Source of the DNA: Tubulanus polymorphus
Lineage: Eukaryota; Animalia; Nemertea
DNA length: 64,000 bases
Direction: 5' to 3'
NCBI RefSeq assembly: GCF_964204645.1
Contig: NW_027437459.1
Location: forward strand, 33,690-97,689
The position numbers and the translations under genes are program-made. The stretch's first letter is position 1. Each line of letters starts with the position of its first letter. Below the pieces are notes generated by a model. The model was not told the origin of the DNA. It worked only from the letters and a program-made list of their open reading frames with translations, and did no database searches. Positions 12,101 to 25,800 of the stretch are shown one piece after another.

Positions 12101-15100
12101 CTCCTGAAGATGATGGACTCGATCTGAAATGATAGGTTAAGGTAAACTGAACTGATTTCGAGCAGATGGACTGAAAGATACAGATTTTTGTTGCAAAATA
12201 GGGTCCTAAAGATGATGAATTCTATCTTAATTGATGGGTTAGGGTGAACTGAACTGATTTCAAATAGATAGGTGGAAAGAATCAGAATTTTCTGGCTGCC
12301 TTTGGTTCTGAAGATGATGGACTCAATCTGAAAAGATGGGCTAAGGCGTATTGAACTGATTTCAAATAGATAGGTGTAAAGATTAAGAATTTTCTGGCTA
12401 TTTATGCTCCTGAAGATGATGGACTCGATCTGAAATGATAGGTTAAGGTAAACTGAACTGATTTCGAGTAGATGGACTGAAAGATACAGATTTTTCTTGC
12501 AAAATAGGGTCCTAAAGATGATGAATTCTATCTTAATTGATGGGTTAGGGTGTACTGAACTGATTTCAAATAGATAGGTTGAAAGAATCAGAATTTTCTG
12601 GCTGCTTTTGGTTCTGAAGATGATGGATTCAATCTGAAAAGATGTGTTAAGGCGTATTGAACTGATTTAAAATAGATAGGTGGAAAGATTAAGAATTTTC
12701 TGGCTATTTATGCTCCTGAAGATGATGGACTCGATCTGAAATGATAGGTTAAGGTAAACTGAACTGATTTCGAGCAGATGGACTGAAAGATACAGATTTT
12801 TCTTGCAAAATAGGGTCCTAAAGATGATGAATTCTATCTTAATTGATGGGTTAGGGTGAACTGAACTTATTTCAAATAGATAGGCGGAAAGAATCAGAAT
12901 TTTCTGGCTGCCTTTGGTTCTGAAGATGATGGACTCAATCTGAAAAGATGGGCTAAGGCGTATTGAACTTATTTCAAATAGATAGGTGTAAAGATTAAGA
13001 ATTTTCTGGCTATTTATGCTCCTGAAGATGATGGACTCGATCCGAAATGATAGGTTAAGGTAAACTGAACTGATTTCGAGTAGATGGACTGAAAGATACA
13101 GATTTTTTCTTGCAAAATAGGGTCCTAAAGATGATGAGTTCTATCTTAATTGATGGGTTAGGGTGTACTGAACGGATTTCAAATAGATAGGTTGAAAGAT
13201 TAAGAATTTTCTGGCTATTTATGCTCCTGAAGATGATGGACTCGATCTGAAATGATAGGTTAAGGTAAACTGAACTGATTTCGAGCAGATGGACTGAAAG
13301 ATACAGATTTTTCTTGCAAAATAGGGTCCTAAAGATGATGAATTCTATCTTAATTGATGGGTTAGGGTGAACTGAACTGATTTCAAATAGATAGGTGGAA
13401 AGATTAAGAATTTTCTGGTTATTTATGCTCCTGAAGATGATGGACTCGATCTGAAATGATAGGTTAAGGTAAACTGAACTGATTTCGAGTAGATGGACTG
13501 AAAGATACAGATTTTTCTTGCAAAACAGGGTCCTAAAGATGATGAATTCTATCTTAATTGATGGGTTAAGGCGTATTGAACTGATTTCAAATAGATAGGT
13601 GGAAAGAATCAGAATTTTCTGGCTGCCTTTGGTTCTGAAGATGATGGACTCAATCTGAAAAGATGGGCTAAGGCGTATTGAACTGATTTCAAATAGATAG
13701 GTGGAAAGATTAAGAATTTTCTGGCTATTTATGCTCCTGAAGATGATGGACTCGATCTGAAATGATAGGTTAAGGTAAACTGAACTGATTTCGAGTAGAT
13801 GGACTGAAAGATACAAATTTTTCTTGCAAAATAGGGTCCAAAAGATGATGAATTCTATCTTAATTGATGGGTTAGGGTGTACTGAACTGATTTCAAATAG
13901 ATAGGTTGAAAGAATCAGAATTTTCGGGCTGCTTTTGGTTCTGAAGATGATGGATTCAATCTGAAAAGATGTGTTAAGGCGTATTGAACTGATTTCAAAT
14001 AGATAGGTGGAAAGATTAAGAATTTTCTGGCTATTTATGCTCCTGAAGATGATGGACTCGATCTGAAATGATAGGTTAAGGTAGACTGAACTGATTCTGA
14101 ATAGATGGACTGAAAGATACAGATTTTTCTTGCAAAATAGGGTCCTAAAGATGATGAGTTCTATCTTAATTGATGGCTTAGGGTGTACTGAACTGATTTC
14201 AAATAGATAGGTGGAAAGATTAAGAATTTTCTGGCTATTTATGCTCCTGAAGATGATGGACTCGATCTGAAATGATAGGTTAAGGTAAACTGAACTGATT
14301 TCGAGTAGATGGACTGAAAGATACAGATTTTTCTTGCAAAATAGGGTCCTAAAGATGATGAATTCTATCTTAATTGATGGGTTAGGGTGTACTGAACTGA
14401 TTTCAAATAGATAGGTTGAAAGAATCAGAATTTTCTGGCTGCTTTTGGTTCTGAAGATGATGGATTCAATCTGAAAAGATGTGTTAAGGCGTATTGAACT
14501 GATTTAAAATAGATAGGTGGAAAGATTAAGAATTTTCTGGCTATTTATGCTCCTGAAGATGATGGACTCGATCTGAAATGATAGGTTAAGGTAAACTGAA
14601 CTGATTTCGAGTAGATGGACTGAAAGATACAGATTTTTTCTTGCAAAATAGGGTCCTAAAGATGATGAGTTCTATCTTAATTGATGGGTTAGGGTGTACT
14701 GAACTGATTTCAAATAGATAGGTTGAAAGATTAAGAATTTTCTGGCTATTTATGCTCCTGAAGATGATGGACTCGATCTGAAATGATAGGTTAAGGTAAA
14801 CTGAACTGATTTCGAGCAGATGGACTGAAAGATACAGATCTTTCTTGCAAAATAGGGTCCTAAAGATGATGAATTCTATCTTAATTGATGGGTTAGGGTG
14901 AACTGAACTGATTTCAAATAGATAGGTGGAAAGAATCAGAATTTTCTGGCTGCCTTTGGTTCTGAAGATGATGGACTCAATCTGAAAAGATGGGCTAAGG
15001 CGTATTGAACTGATTTCAAATAGATAGGTGGAAAGATTAAGAATTTTCTGGCTATTTATGCTCCTGAGGATGATGCACTCGATCTGAAAGGATAGGTTAA

Positions 15101-15450
15101 GGTAGACTGAACTGATTTCGAGTAGATGGACTGAAAGATACAGATTTTTCTTGCAAAATAGGGTCCTAAAGATGATGAATTCTATCTTAATTGATGGGTA
15201 AGGGTGTACTGAACTGATTTCAAATAGATAGGTTGAAAGAATCAGAATTTTCTGGCTGCTTTTGGTTCTGAAGATGATGGATTCAATCTGAAAAGATGTG
15301 TTAAGGCGCATTGAACTGATTTCAAATAGATAGGTGGAAAGATTAAGAATTTTCTGGCTATTTATGCTCCTGAAGATGATGGACTCGATCTGAAATGATA
15401 GGTTAAGGTAAACTGAACTGATTTCGAGTAGATGGACTGAAAGATACAGA
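9188..15450 (+). repeat. Tandem duplication with 3572-bp offset (35 monomers)
   Basis: 'gatccgaaat' at 9471 and 13043; identical ORF translations at 9483 and 13055; ORF ends at 11014 and 14586. Confidence 0.85.
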
Positions 15451-16859
15451 TTTTTCTTGCAAAATAGGGTCCTAAAGATGATGAATTCTATCTTAATTGA
15501 TGGGTTAGGGTGTACTGAACTGATTTCAAATAGATAGGTGGAAAGATTAAGAATTTTCTGGCTATTTATGCTCCTGAAGATGATGAACTCGATCTGAAAT
15601 GATAGGTTAAGGTAAACTGAACTGATTTCGAGCAGATGGACTGAAAGATACAGATTTTTCTTGCAAAATAGGGTCCTAAGGATGATGAATTCTATCTTAA
15701 TTGATGGGTTAGGGTGAACTGAACTGATTTCAAATAGATAGGTGGAAAGAATCAGAATTTTCTGGCTGCCTTTGGTTCTGAAGATGATGGACTCAATCTG
15801 AAAAGATGGGCTAAGGCGTATTGAACTGATTTCAAATAGATAGGTGGAAAGATTAAGAATTTTCTGGCTATTTATGCTCCTGAAGATGATGGACTCGATC
15901 TGAAATGATAGGTTAAGGTAAACTGAACTGATTTCGAGCAGATGGACTGAAAGATACAGATTTTTGTTGCAAAATAGGGTCCTAAAGATGATGAATTCTA
16001 TCTTAATTGATGGGTTAGGGTGAACTGAACTGATTTCAAATAGATAGGTGGAAAGAATCAGAATTTTCTGGCTGCCTTTGGTTCTGAAGATGATGGACTC
16101 AATCTGAAAAGATGGGCTAAGGCGTATTGAACTGATTTCAAATAGATAGGTGTAAAGATTAAGAATTTTCTGGCTATTTATGCTCCTGAAGATGATGGAC
16201 TCGATCTGAAATGATAGGTTAAGGTAAACTGAACTGATTTCGAGTAGATGGACTGAAAGATACAGATTTTTCTTGCAAAATAGGGTCCTAAAGATGATGA
16301 ATTCTATCTTAATTGATGGGTTAGGGTGTACTGAACTGATTTCAAATAGATAGGTGGAAAGATTAAGAATTTTCTGGCTATTTATGCTCCTGAAGATGAT
16401 GGACTCGATCTGAAATGATAGGTTAAGGTTGACTGAACTGATTCTGAATAGATGGACTGAAAGATACAGATTTTTCTTGCAAAATAGGGTCCTAAAGATG
16501 ATGAGTTCTATCTTAATTGATTGGTTAGGGTGTACTGAACTGATTTCAAATAGATAGGTGGAAAGATTAAGAATTTTCTGTCTATTTATGCTCCTGAAGA
16601 TGATGGACTCGATCTGAAATGATAGGTTAAGGTAAACTGAACTGATTTCGAGTAGATGGACTGAAAGATACAGATTTTTCTTGCAAAATAGGGTCCTAAA
16701 GATGATGAATTCTATCTTAATTGATGGGTTAGGGTGTACTGAACTGATTTCAAATAGATAGGTGGAAAGATTAAGAATTTTCTGGCTATTTATGCTCCTG
16801 AAGATGATGGACTCGATCTGAAATGATAGGTTAAGGTAAACTGAACTTATTTCGAGTAG

Positions 16860-19800
16860 ATGGACTGAAAGATACAGATTTTTCTTGCAAAATAGGGTCC
16901 TAAAGATGATGAATTCTATCTTAATTGATGGGTTAGGGTGTACTGAACTGATTTCAAATAGATAGGTTGAAAGAATCAGAATTTTCTGGCTGCTTTTGGT
17001 TCTGAAGATGATGGATTCAATCTGAAAAGATGTGTTATGGCGTATTGAACTGATTTCAAATAGATAGGTGGAAAGATTAAGAATTTTCTGGCTATTTATG
17101 CTCCTGAAGATGATTGACTCGATCTGAAATGATAGGTTAGGTAGACTGAACTGATTTCGAGTAGATGGACTGAAAGATACAGATTTTTCTTGCAAAATAG
17201 GGTCCTAAAGATGATGAGTTCTATCTTAATTGATGGGTTAGGGTGTACTGAACTGATTTCAAATAGATAGGTGGAAAGATTAAGAATTTTCTGGTTATTT
17301 ATGCTCCTGAAGATGATGGACTCGATCTGAAATGATAGGTTAAGGTAAACTGAACTGATTTCGAGTAGATGGACTGAAAGATACAGATTTTTCTTGCAAA
17401 ACAGGGTCCTAAAGATGATGAATTCTATCTTGATTGATGGGTTAAGGCGTATTGAACTGATTTCAAATAGATAGGTGGAAAGAATCAGGATTTTCAGGCT
17501 GCCTTTGGTTCTGAAGATGATGGACTCAATCTGAAAAGATGGGCTAATGCGTATTGAACTGATTTCAAATAGATAGGTGGAAAGATTAAGAATTTTCTGG
17601 CTATTTATGCTCCTGAAGATGATGGACTCGATCTGAAATGATAGGTTAAGGTAAACTGAACTGATTTCGAGTAGATGGACTGAAAGATACAAATTTTTCT
17701 TGCAAAATAGGGTCCAAAAGATGATGAATTCTATCTTAATTGATGGGTTAGGGTGTACTGAACTGATTTCAAATAGATAGGTTGAAAGAATCAGAATTTT
17801 CGGGCTGCTTTTGGTTCTGAAGATGATGGATTCAATCTGAAAAGATGTGTTAAGGCGTATTGAACTGATTTCAAATAGATAGGTGGAAAGATTAAGAATT
17901 TTCTGGCTATTTATGCTCCTGAAGATGATGGACTCGATCTGAAATGATAGGTTAAGGTAGACTGAACTGATTCTGAATAGATGGACTGAAAGATACAGAT
18001 TTTTCTTGCAAAATAGGGTCCTAAAGATGATGAGTTCTATCTTAATTGATTGGTTAGGGTGTACTGAACTGATTTCAAATAGATAGGTGGAAAGATTAAG
18101 AATTTTCTGGCTATTTATGCTCCTGAAGATGATGGACTCGTTCTGAAATGATAGGTTAAGGTAAACTGAACTGATTTCGAGTAGATGGACTGAAAGATAC
18201 AGATTTTTCTTGCAAAATAGGGTCCTAAAGATGATGAATTCTATCTTAATTGATGGGTTAGGGTGTACTGAACTGATTTCAAATAGATAGGTTGAAAGAA
18301 TCAGAATTTTCTGGCTGCTTTTGGTTCTGAAGATGATGGATTCAATCTGAAAAGATGTGTTAAGGCGTATTGAACTGATTTAAAATAGATAGGTGGAAAG
18401 ATTAAGAATTTTCTGGCTATTTATGCTCCTGAAGATGATGGACTCGATCTGAAATGATAGGTTAAGGTAAACTGAACTGATTTCGAGTAGATGGACTTAA
18501 AGATACAGATTTTTCTTGCAAAATAGGGTCCTAAAGATGATGAGTTCTATCTTAATTGATGGGTTAGGGTGTACTGAACTGATTTCAAATAGATAGGTTG
18601 AAAGATTAAGAATTTTCTGGCTATTTATGCTCCTGAAGATGATGGACTCGATCTGAAATGATAGGTTAAGGTAAACTGAATTGATTTCGAGTAGATGGAC
18701 TGAAAGATACAGATTTTTCTTGCAAAATAGGGTCCTAAAGATGATGAATTCTATCTTAATTGATGGGTTAGGGTGTACTGAACTGATTTCAAATAGATAG
18801 GTTGAAAGAATCAGAATTTTCTGGCTGCTTTTGGTTCTGAAGATGATGGATTCAATCTGAAAAGATGTGTTATGGCGTATTGAACTGATTTCAAATAGAT
18901 AGGTGGAAAGATTAAGAATTTTCTGGCTATTTATGCTCCTGAAGATGATTGACTCGATCTGAAATGATAGGTTAGGTAGACTGAACTGATTTCGAGTAGA
19001 TGGACTGAAAGATACAGATTTTTCTTGCAAAATAGGGTCCTAAAGATGATGAGTTCTATCTTAATTGATGGGTTAGGGTGTACTGAACTGATTTCAAATA
19101 GATAGGTGGAAAGATTAAGAATTTTCTGGTTATTTATGCTCCTGAAGATGATGGACTCGATCTGAAATGATAGGTTAAGGTAAACTGAACTGATTTCGAG
19201 TAGATGGACTGAAAGATACAGATTTTTCTTGCAAAACAGGGTCCTAAAGATGATGAATTCTATCTTGATTGATGGGTTAAGGCGTATTGAACTGATTTCA
19301 AATAGATAGGTGGAAAGAATCAGGATTTTCAGGCTGCCTTTGGTTCTGAAGATGATGGACTCAATCTGAAAAGATGGGCTAATGCGTATTGAACTGATTT
19401 CAAATAGATAGGTGGAAAGATTAAGAATTTTCTGGCTATTTATGCTCCTGAAGATGATGGACTCGATCTGAAATGATAGGTTAAGGTAAACTGAACTGAT
19501 TTCGAGTAGATGGACTGAAAGATACAAATTTTTCTTGCAAAATAGGGTCCAAAAGATGATGAATTCTATCTTAATTGATGGGTTAGGGTGTACTGAACTG
19601 ATTTCAAATAGATAGGTTGAAAGAATCAGAATTTTCGGGCTGCTTTTGGTTCTGAAGATGATGGATTCAATCTGAAAAGATGTGTTAAGGCGTATTGAAC
19701 TGATTTCAAATAGATAGGTGGAAAGATTAAGAATTTTCTGGCTATTTATGCTCCTGAAGATGATGGACTCGATCTGAAATGATAGGTTAAGGTAGACTGA

Positions 19801-22800
19801 ACTGATTCTGAATAGATGGACTGAAAGATACAGATTTTTCTTGCAAAATAGGGTCCTAAAGATGATGAGTTCTATCTTAATTGATTGGTTAGGGTGTACT
19901 GAACTGATTTCAAATAGATAGGTGGAAAGATTAAGAATTTTCTGGCTATTTATGCTCCTGAAGATGATGGACTCGTTCTGAAATGATAGGTTAAGGTAAA
20001 CTGAACTGATTTCGTGTAGATGGACTGAAAGATACAGATTTTTCTTGCAAAATAGGGTCCTAAAGATGATGAATTCTATCTTAATTGATGGGTTAGGGTG
20101 TACTGAACTGATTTCAAATAGATAGGTTGAAAGAATCAGAATTTTCTGGCTGCTTTTGGTTCTGAAGATGATGGATTCAATCTGAAAAGATGTGTTAAGG
20201 CGTATTGAACTGATTTAAAATAGATAGGTGGAAAGATTAAGAATTTTCTGGCTATTTATGCTCCTGAAGATGATGGACTCGATCTGAAATGATAGGTTAA
20301 GGTAAACTGAACTGATTTCGAGTAGATGGACTTAAAGATACAGATTTTTCTTGCAAAATAGGGTCCTAAAGATGATGAGTTCTATCTTAATTGATGGGTT
20401 AGGGTGTACTGAACTGATTTCAAATAGATAGGTTGAAAGATTAAGAATTTTCTGGCTATTTATGCTCCTGAAGATGATGGACTCGATCTGAAATGATAGG
20501 TTAAGGTAAACTGAATTGATTTCGAGTAGATGGACTGAAAGATACAGATTTTTCTTGCAAAATAGGGTCCTAAAGATGATGAATTCTATCTTAATTGATG
20601 GGTTAGGGTGTACTGAACTGATTTCAAATAGATAGGTTGAAAGAATCAGAATTTTCTGGCTGCTTTTGGTTCTGAAGATGATGGATTCAATCTGAAAAGA
20701 TGTGTTAAGGCGTATTGAACTGATTTAAAATAGATAGGTGGAAAGATTAAGAATTTTCTGGCTATTTATGCTCCTGAAGATGATGGACTCGATCTGAAAT
20801 GATAGGTTAAGGTAAACTGAACGGATTTCGAGTAGATGGACTTAAAGATACAGATTTTTCTTGCAAAATAGTGTCCTAAAGATGATGAGTTCTATCTTAA
20901 TTGATGGGTTAGGGTGTACTGAACTGATTTCAAATAGATAGGTTGAAAGATTAAGAATTTTCTGGCTATTTATGCTCCTGAAGATGATGGACTCGATCTG
21001 AAATGATAGGTTAAGGTAAACTGAACTGATTTCGAGCAGATGGACTGAAAGATACAGATTTTTCTTGCAAAATAGGGTCCTAAAGATGATGAATTCTATC
21101 TTAATTTATGGGTTAGGGTGAACTGAACTGATTTCAAATAGATAGGTGGAAAGAATCAGAATTTTCTGGCTGCCTTTGGTTCTGAAGATGATGGACTCAA
21201 TCTGAAAAGATGGGCTAAGGCGTATTGAACTGATTTCAAATAGATAGGTGGAAAGATTAAGAATTGTCTGGCTATTTATGCTCCTGAAGATGATGGACTC
21301 GATCTGAAATGATAGGTTAAGGTAAACTGAACTGATTTCGAGTAGATGGACTGAAAGATACAAATTTTTCTTGCAAAATAGGGTCCTAAAGATGATGAAT
21401 TCTATCTTAATTGATGGGTTAGGGTGTACTGAACTGATTTCAAATAGATAGGTTGAAAGAATCAGAATTTTCTGGCTGCTTTTGGTTCTGAAGATGATGG
21501 ATTCAATCTGAAAAGATGTGTTAAGGCGTATTGAACTGATTTAAAATAGATAGGTGGAAAGATTAAGAATTTTCTGGCTATTTATGCTCCTGAAGATGAT
21601 GGACTCGATCTGAAATGATAGGTTAAGGTAAACTGAACTGATTTCGAGTAGATGGACTGAAAGATACAGATTTTTTCTTGCAAAATAGGGTCCTAAAGAT
21701 GATGAGTTCTATCTTAATTGATGGGTTAGGGTGTACTGAACTGATTTCAAATAGATAGGTTGAAAGATTAAGAATTTTCTGGCTATTTATGCTCCTGAAG
21801 ATGATGGACTCGATCTGAAATGATAGGTTAAGGTAAACTGATTTCGAGCAGATGGACTGAAAGATACAGATCTTTCTTGCAAAATAGGGTCCTAAAGATG
21901 ATGAATTCTATCTTAATTGATGGGTTAGGGTGAACTGAACTGATTTCAAATAGATAGGTGGAAAGAATCAGAATTTTCTGGCTGCCTTTGGTTCTGAAGA
22001 TGATGGACTCAATCTGAAAAGATGGGCTAAGGCGTATTGAACTGATTTCAAATAGATAGGTGGAAAGATTAAGAATTTTCTGGCTATTTATGCTCCTGAG
22101 GATGATGCACTCGATCTGAAAGGATAGGTTAAGGTAGACTGAACTGATTTCGAGTAGATGGACTGAAAGATACAGATTTTTCTTGCAAAATAGGGTCCTA
22201 AAGATGATGAATTCTATCTTAATTGATGGGTAAGGGTGTACTGAACTGATTTCAAATAGATAGGTTGAAAGAATCAGAATTTTCTGGCTGCTTTTGGTTC
22301 TGAAGATGATGGATTCAATCTGAAAAGATGTGTTAAGGCGCATTGAACTGATTTCAAATAGATAGGTGGAAAGATTAAGAATTTTCTGGCTATTTATGCT
22401 CCTGAAGATGATGGACTCGATCTGAAATGATAGGTTAAGGTAAACTGAACTGATTTCGAGTAGATGGACTGAAAGATACAGATTTTTCTTGCAAAATAGG
22501 GTCCTAAAGATGATGAATTCTATCTTAATTGATGGGTTAGGGTGTACTGAACTGATTTCAAATAGATAGGTGGAAAGATTAAGAATTTTCTGGCTATTTA
22601 TGCTCCTGAAGATGATGGACTCGATCTGAAATGATAGGTTAAGGTAAACTGAACTGATTTCGAGCAGATGGACTGAAAGATACAGATTTTTCTTGCAAAA
22701 TAGGGTCCTAAGGATGATGAATTCTATCTTAATTGATGGGTTAGGGTGAACTGAACTGATTTCAAATAGATAGGTGGAAAGAATCAGAATTTTCTGGCTG

Positions 22801-25800
22801 CCTTTGGTTCTGAAGATGATGGACTCAATCTGAAAAGATGGGCTAAGGCGTATTGAACTGATTTCAAATAGATAGGTGGAAAGATTAAGAATTTTCTGGC
22901 TATTTATGCTCCTGAAGATGATGGACTCGATCTGAAATGATAGGTTAAGGTAAACTGAACTGATTTCGAGCAGATGGACTGAAAGATACAGATTTTTGTT
23001 GCAAAATAGGGTCCTAAAGATGATGAATTCTATCTTAATTGATGGGTTAGGGTGAACTGAACTGATTTCAAATAGATAGGTGGAAAGAATCAGAATTTTC
23101 TGGCTGCCTTTGGTTCTGAAGATGATGGACTCAATCTGAAAAGATGGGCTAAGGCGTATTGAACTGATTTCAAATAGATAGGTGTAAAGATTAAGAATTT
23201 TCTGGCTATTTATGCTCCTGAAGATGATGGACTCGATCTGAAATGATAGGTTAAGGTAAACTGAACTGATTTCGAGTAGATGGACTGAAAGATACAGATT
23301 TTTCTTGCAAAATAGGGTCCTAAAGATGATGAATTCTATCTTAATTGATGGGTAAGGGTGTACTGAACTGATTTCAAATAGATAGGTTGAAAGAATCAGA
23401 ATTTTCTGGCTGCTTTTGGTTCTGAAGATGATGGATTCAATCTGAAAAGATGTGTTAAGGCGCATTGAACTGATTTCAAATAGATAGGTGGAAAGATTAA
23501 GAATTTTCTGGCTATTTATGCTCCTGAAGATGATGGACTCGATCTGAAATGATAGGTTAAGGTAAACTGAACTGATTTCGAGTAGATGGACTGAAAGATA
23601 CAGATTTTTCTTGCAAAATAGGGTCCTAAAGATGATGAATTCTATCTTAATTGATGGGTTAGGGTGTACTGAACTGATTTCAAATAGATAGGTGGAAAGA
23701 TTAAGAATTTTCTGGCTATTTATGCTCCTGAAGATGATGGACTCGATCTGAAATGATAGGTTAAGGTAAACTGAACTGATTTCGAGCAGATGGACTGAAA
23801 GATACAGATTTTTCTTGCAAAATAGGGTCCTAAGGATGATGAATTCTATCTTAATTGATGGGTTAGGGTGAACTGAACTGATTTCAAATAGATAGGTGGA
23901 AAGAATCAGAATTTTCTGGCTGCCTTTGGTTCTGAAGATGATGGACTCAATCTGAAAAGATGGGCTAAGGCGTATTGAACTGATTTCAAATAGATAGGTG
24001 GAAAGATTAAGAATTTTCTGGCTATTTATGCTCCTGAAGATGATGGACTCGATCTGAAATGATAGGTTAAGGTAAACTGAACTGATTTCGAGCAGATGGA
24101 CTGAAAGATACAGATTTTTGTTGCAAAATAGGGTCCTAAAGATGATGAATTCTATCTTAATTGATGGGTTAGGGTGAACTGAACTGATTTCAAATAGATA
24201 GGTGGAAAGAATCAGAATTTTCTGGCTGCCTTTGGTTCTGAAGATGATGGACTCAATCTGAAAAGATGGGCTAAGGCGTATTGAACTGATTTCAAATAGA
24301 TAGGTGTAAAGATTAAGAATTTTCTGGCTATTTATGCTCCTGAAGATGATGGACTCGATCTGAAATGATAGGTTAAGGTAAACTGAACTGATTTCGAGTA
24401 GATGGACTGAAAGATACAGATTTTTCTTGCAAAATAGGGTCCTAAAGATGATGAATTCTATCTTAATTGATGGGTTAGGGTGTACTGAACTGATTTCAAA
24501 TAGATAGGTGGAAAGATTAAGAATTTTCTGGCTATTTATGCTCCTGAAGATGATGGACTCGATCTGAAATGATAGGTTAAGGTTGACTGAACTGATTCTG
24601 AATAGATGGACTGAAAGATACAGATTTTTCTTGCAAAATAGGGTCCTAAAGATGATGAGTTCTATCTTAATTGATTGGTTAGGGTGTACTGAACTGATTT
24701 CAAATAGATAGGTGGAAAGATTAAGAATTTTCTGTCTATTTATGCTCCTGAAGATGATGGACTCGATCTGAAATGATAGGTTAAGGTAAACTGAACTGAT
24801 TTCGAGTAGATGGACTGAAAGATACAGATTTTTCTTGCAAAATAGGGTCCTAAAGATGATGAATTCTATCTTAATTGATGGGTTAGGGTGTACTGAACTG
24901 ATTTCAAATAGATAGGTTGAAAGAATCAGAATTTTCTGGCTGCTTTTGGTTCTGAAGATGATGGATTCAATCTGAAAAGATGTGTTATGGCGTATTGAAC
25001 TGATTTCAAATAGATAGGTGGAAAGATTAAGAATTTTCTGGCTATTTATGCTCCTGAAGATGATTGACTCGATCTGAAATGATAGGTTAGGTAGACTGAA
25101 CTGATTTCGAGTAGATGGACTGAAAGATACAGATTTTTCTTGCAAAATAGGGTCCTAAAGATGATGAGTTCTATCTTAATTGATGGGTTAGGGTGTACTG
25201 AACTGATTTCAAATAGATAGGTGGAAAGATTAAGAATTTTCTGGTTATTTATGCTCCTGAAGATGATGGACTCGATCTGAAATGATAGGTTAAGGTAAAC
25301 TGAACTGATTTCGAGTAGATGGACTGAAAGATACAGATTTTTCTTGCAAAACAGGGTCCTAAAGATGATGAATTCTATCTTGATTGATGGGTTAAGGCGT
25401 ATTGAACTGATTTCAAATAGATAGGTGGAAAGAATCAGGATTTTCAGGCTGCCTTTGGTTCTGAAGATGATGGACTCAATCTGAAAAGATGGGCTAATGC
25501 GTATTGAACTGATTTCAAATAGATAGGTGGAAAGATTAAGAATTTTCTGGCTATTTATGCTCCTGAAGATGATGGACTCGATCTGAAATGATAGGTTAAG
25601 GTAAACTGAACTGATTTCGAGTAGATGGACTGAAAGATACAAATTTTTCTTGCAAAATAGGGTCCAAAAGATGATGAATTCTATCTTAATTGATGGGTTA
25701 GGGTGTACTGAACTGATTTCAAATAGATAGGTTGAAAGAATCAGAATTTTCGGGCTGCTTTTGGTTCTGAAGATGATGGATTCAATCTGAAAAGATGTGT

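Larger units (their letters stand above)
1..14580 (+). repeat. Haplotype domain I of the array (irregular higher-order structure; boundary approximate)
   Basis: Markers 'aatcggaa' (756, 5856, ~11670), 'gatggcttagg' and 'gatccgaaat' (9471, 13043). Identical translated blocks start at 99, 5199 and 11014. Confidence 0.65.

Noticed and set aside
14586-17195. 34-aa period resembling TPR (34), ankyrin (33) or TALE (34) repeat length
   Set aside because: None of the consensus residues are present: no TPR small-residue/aromatic pattern, no ankyrin TPLH and no TALE LTPEQVVAIAS.
21828-25145. Long minus-strand ORFs (up to 1105 aa, 34-aa repeats), here and throughout the ORF track
   Set aside because: These are by-products of a 102-bp period with one stop-free frame. 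The listed starts are non-ATG codons or variant sites inside the repeat. Amplified variants create stops (ttc->tta, tga->tta) and frameshifts. Only 7 of 25 A-vs-B differences hit this frame's third codon position, and there is no unique N- or C-terminus.
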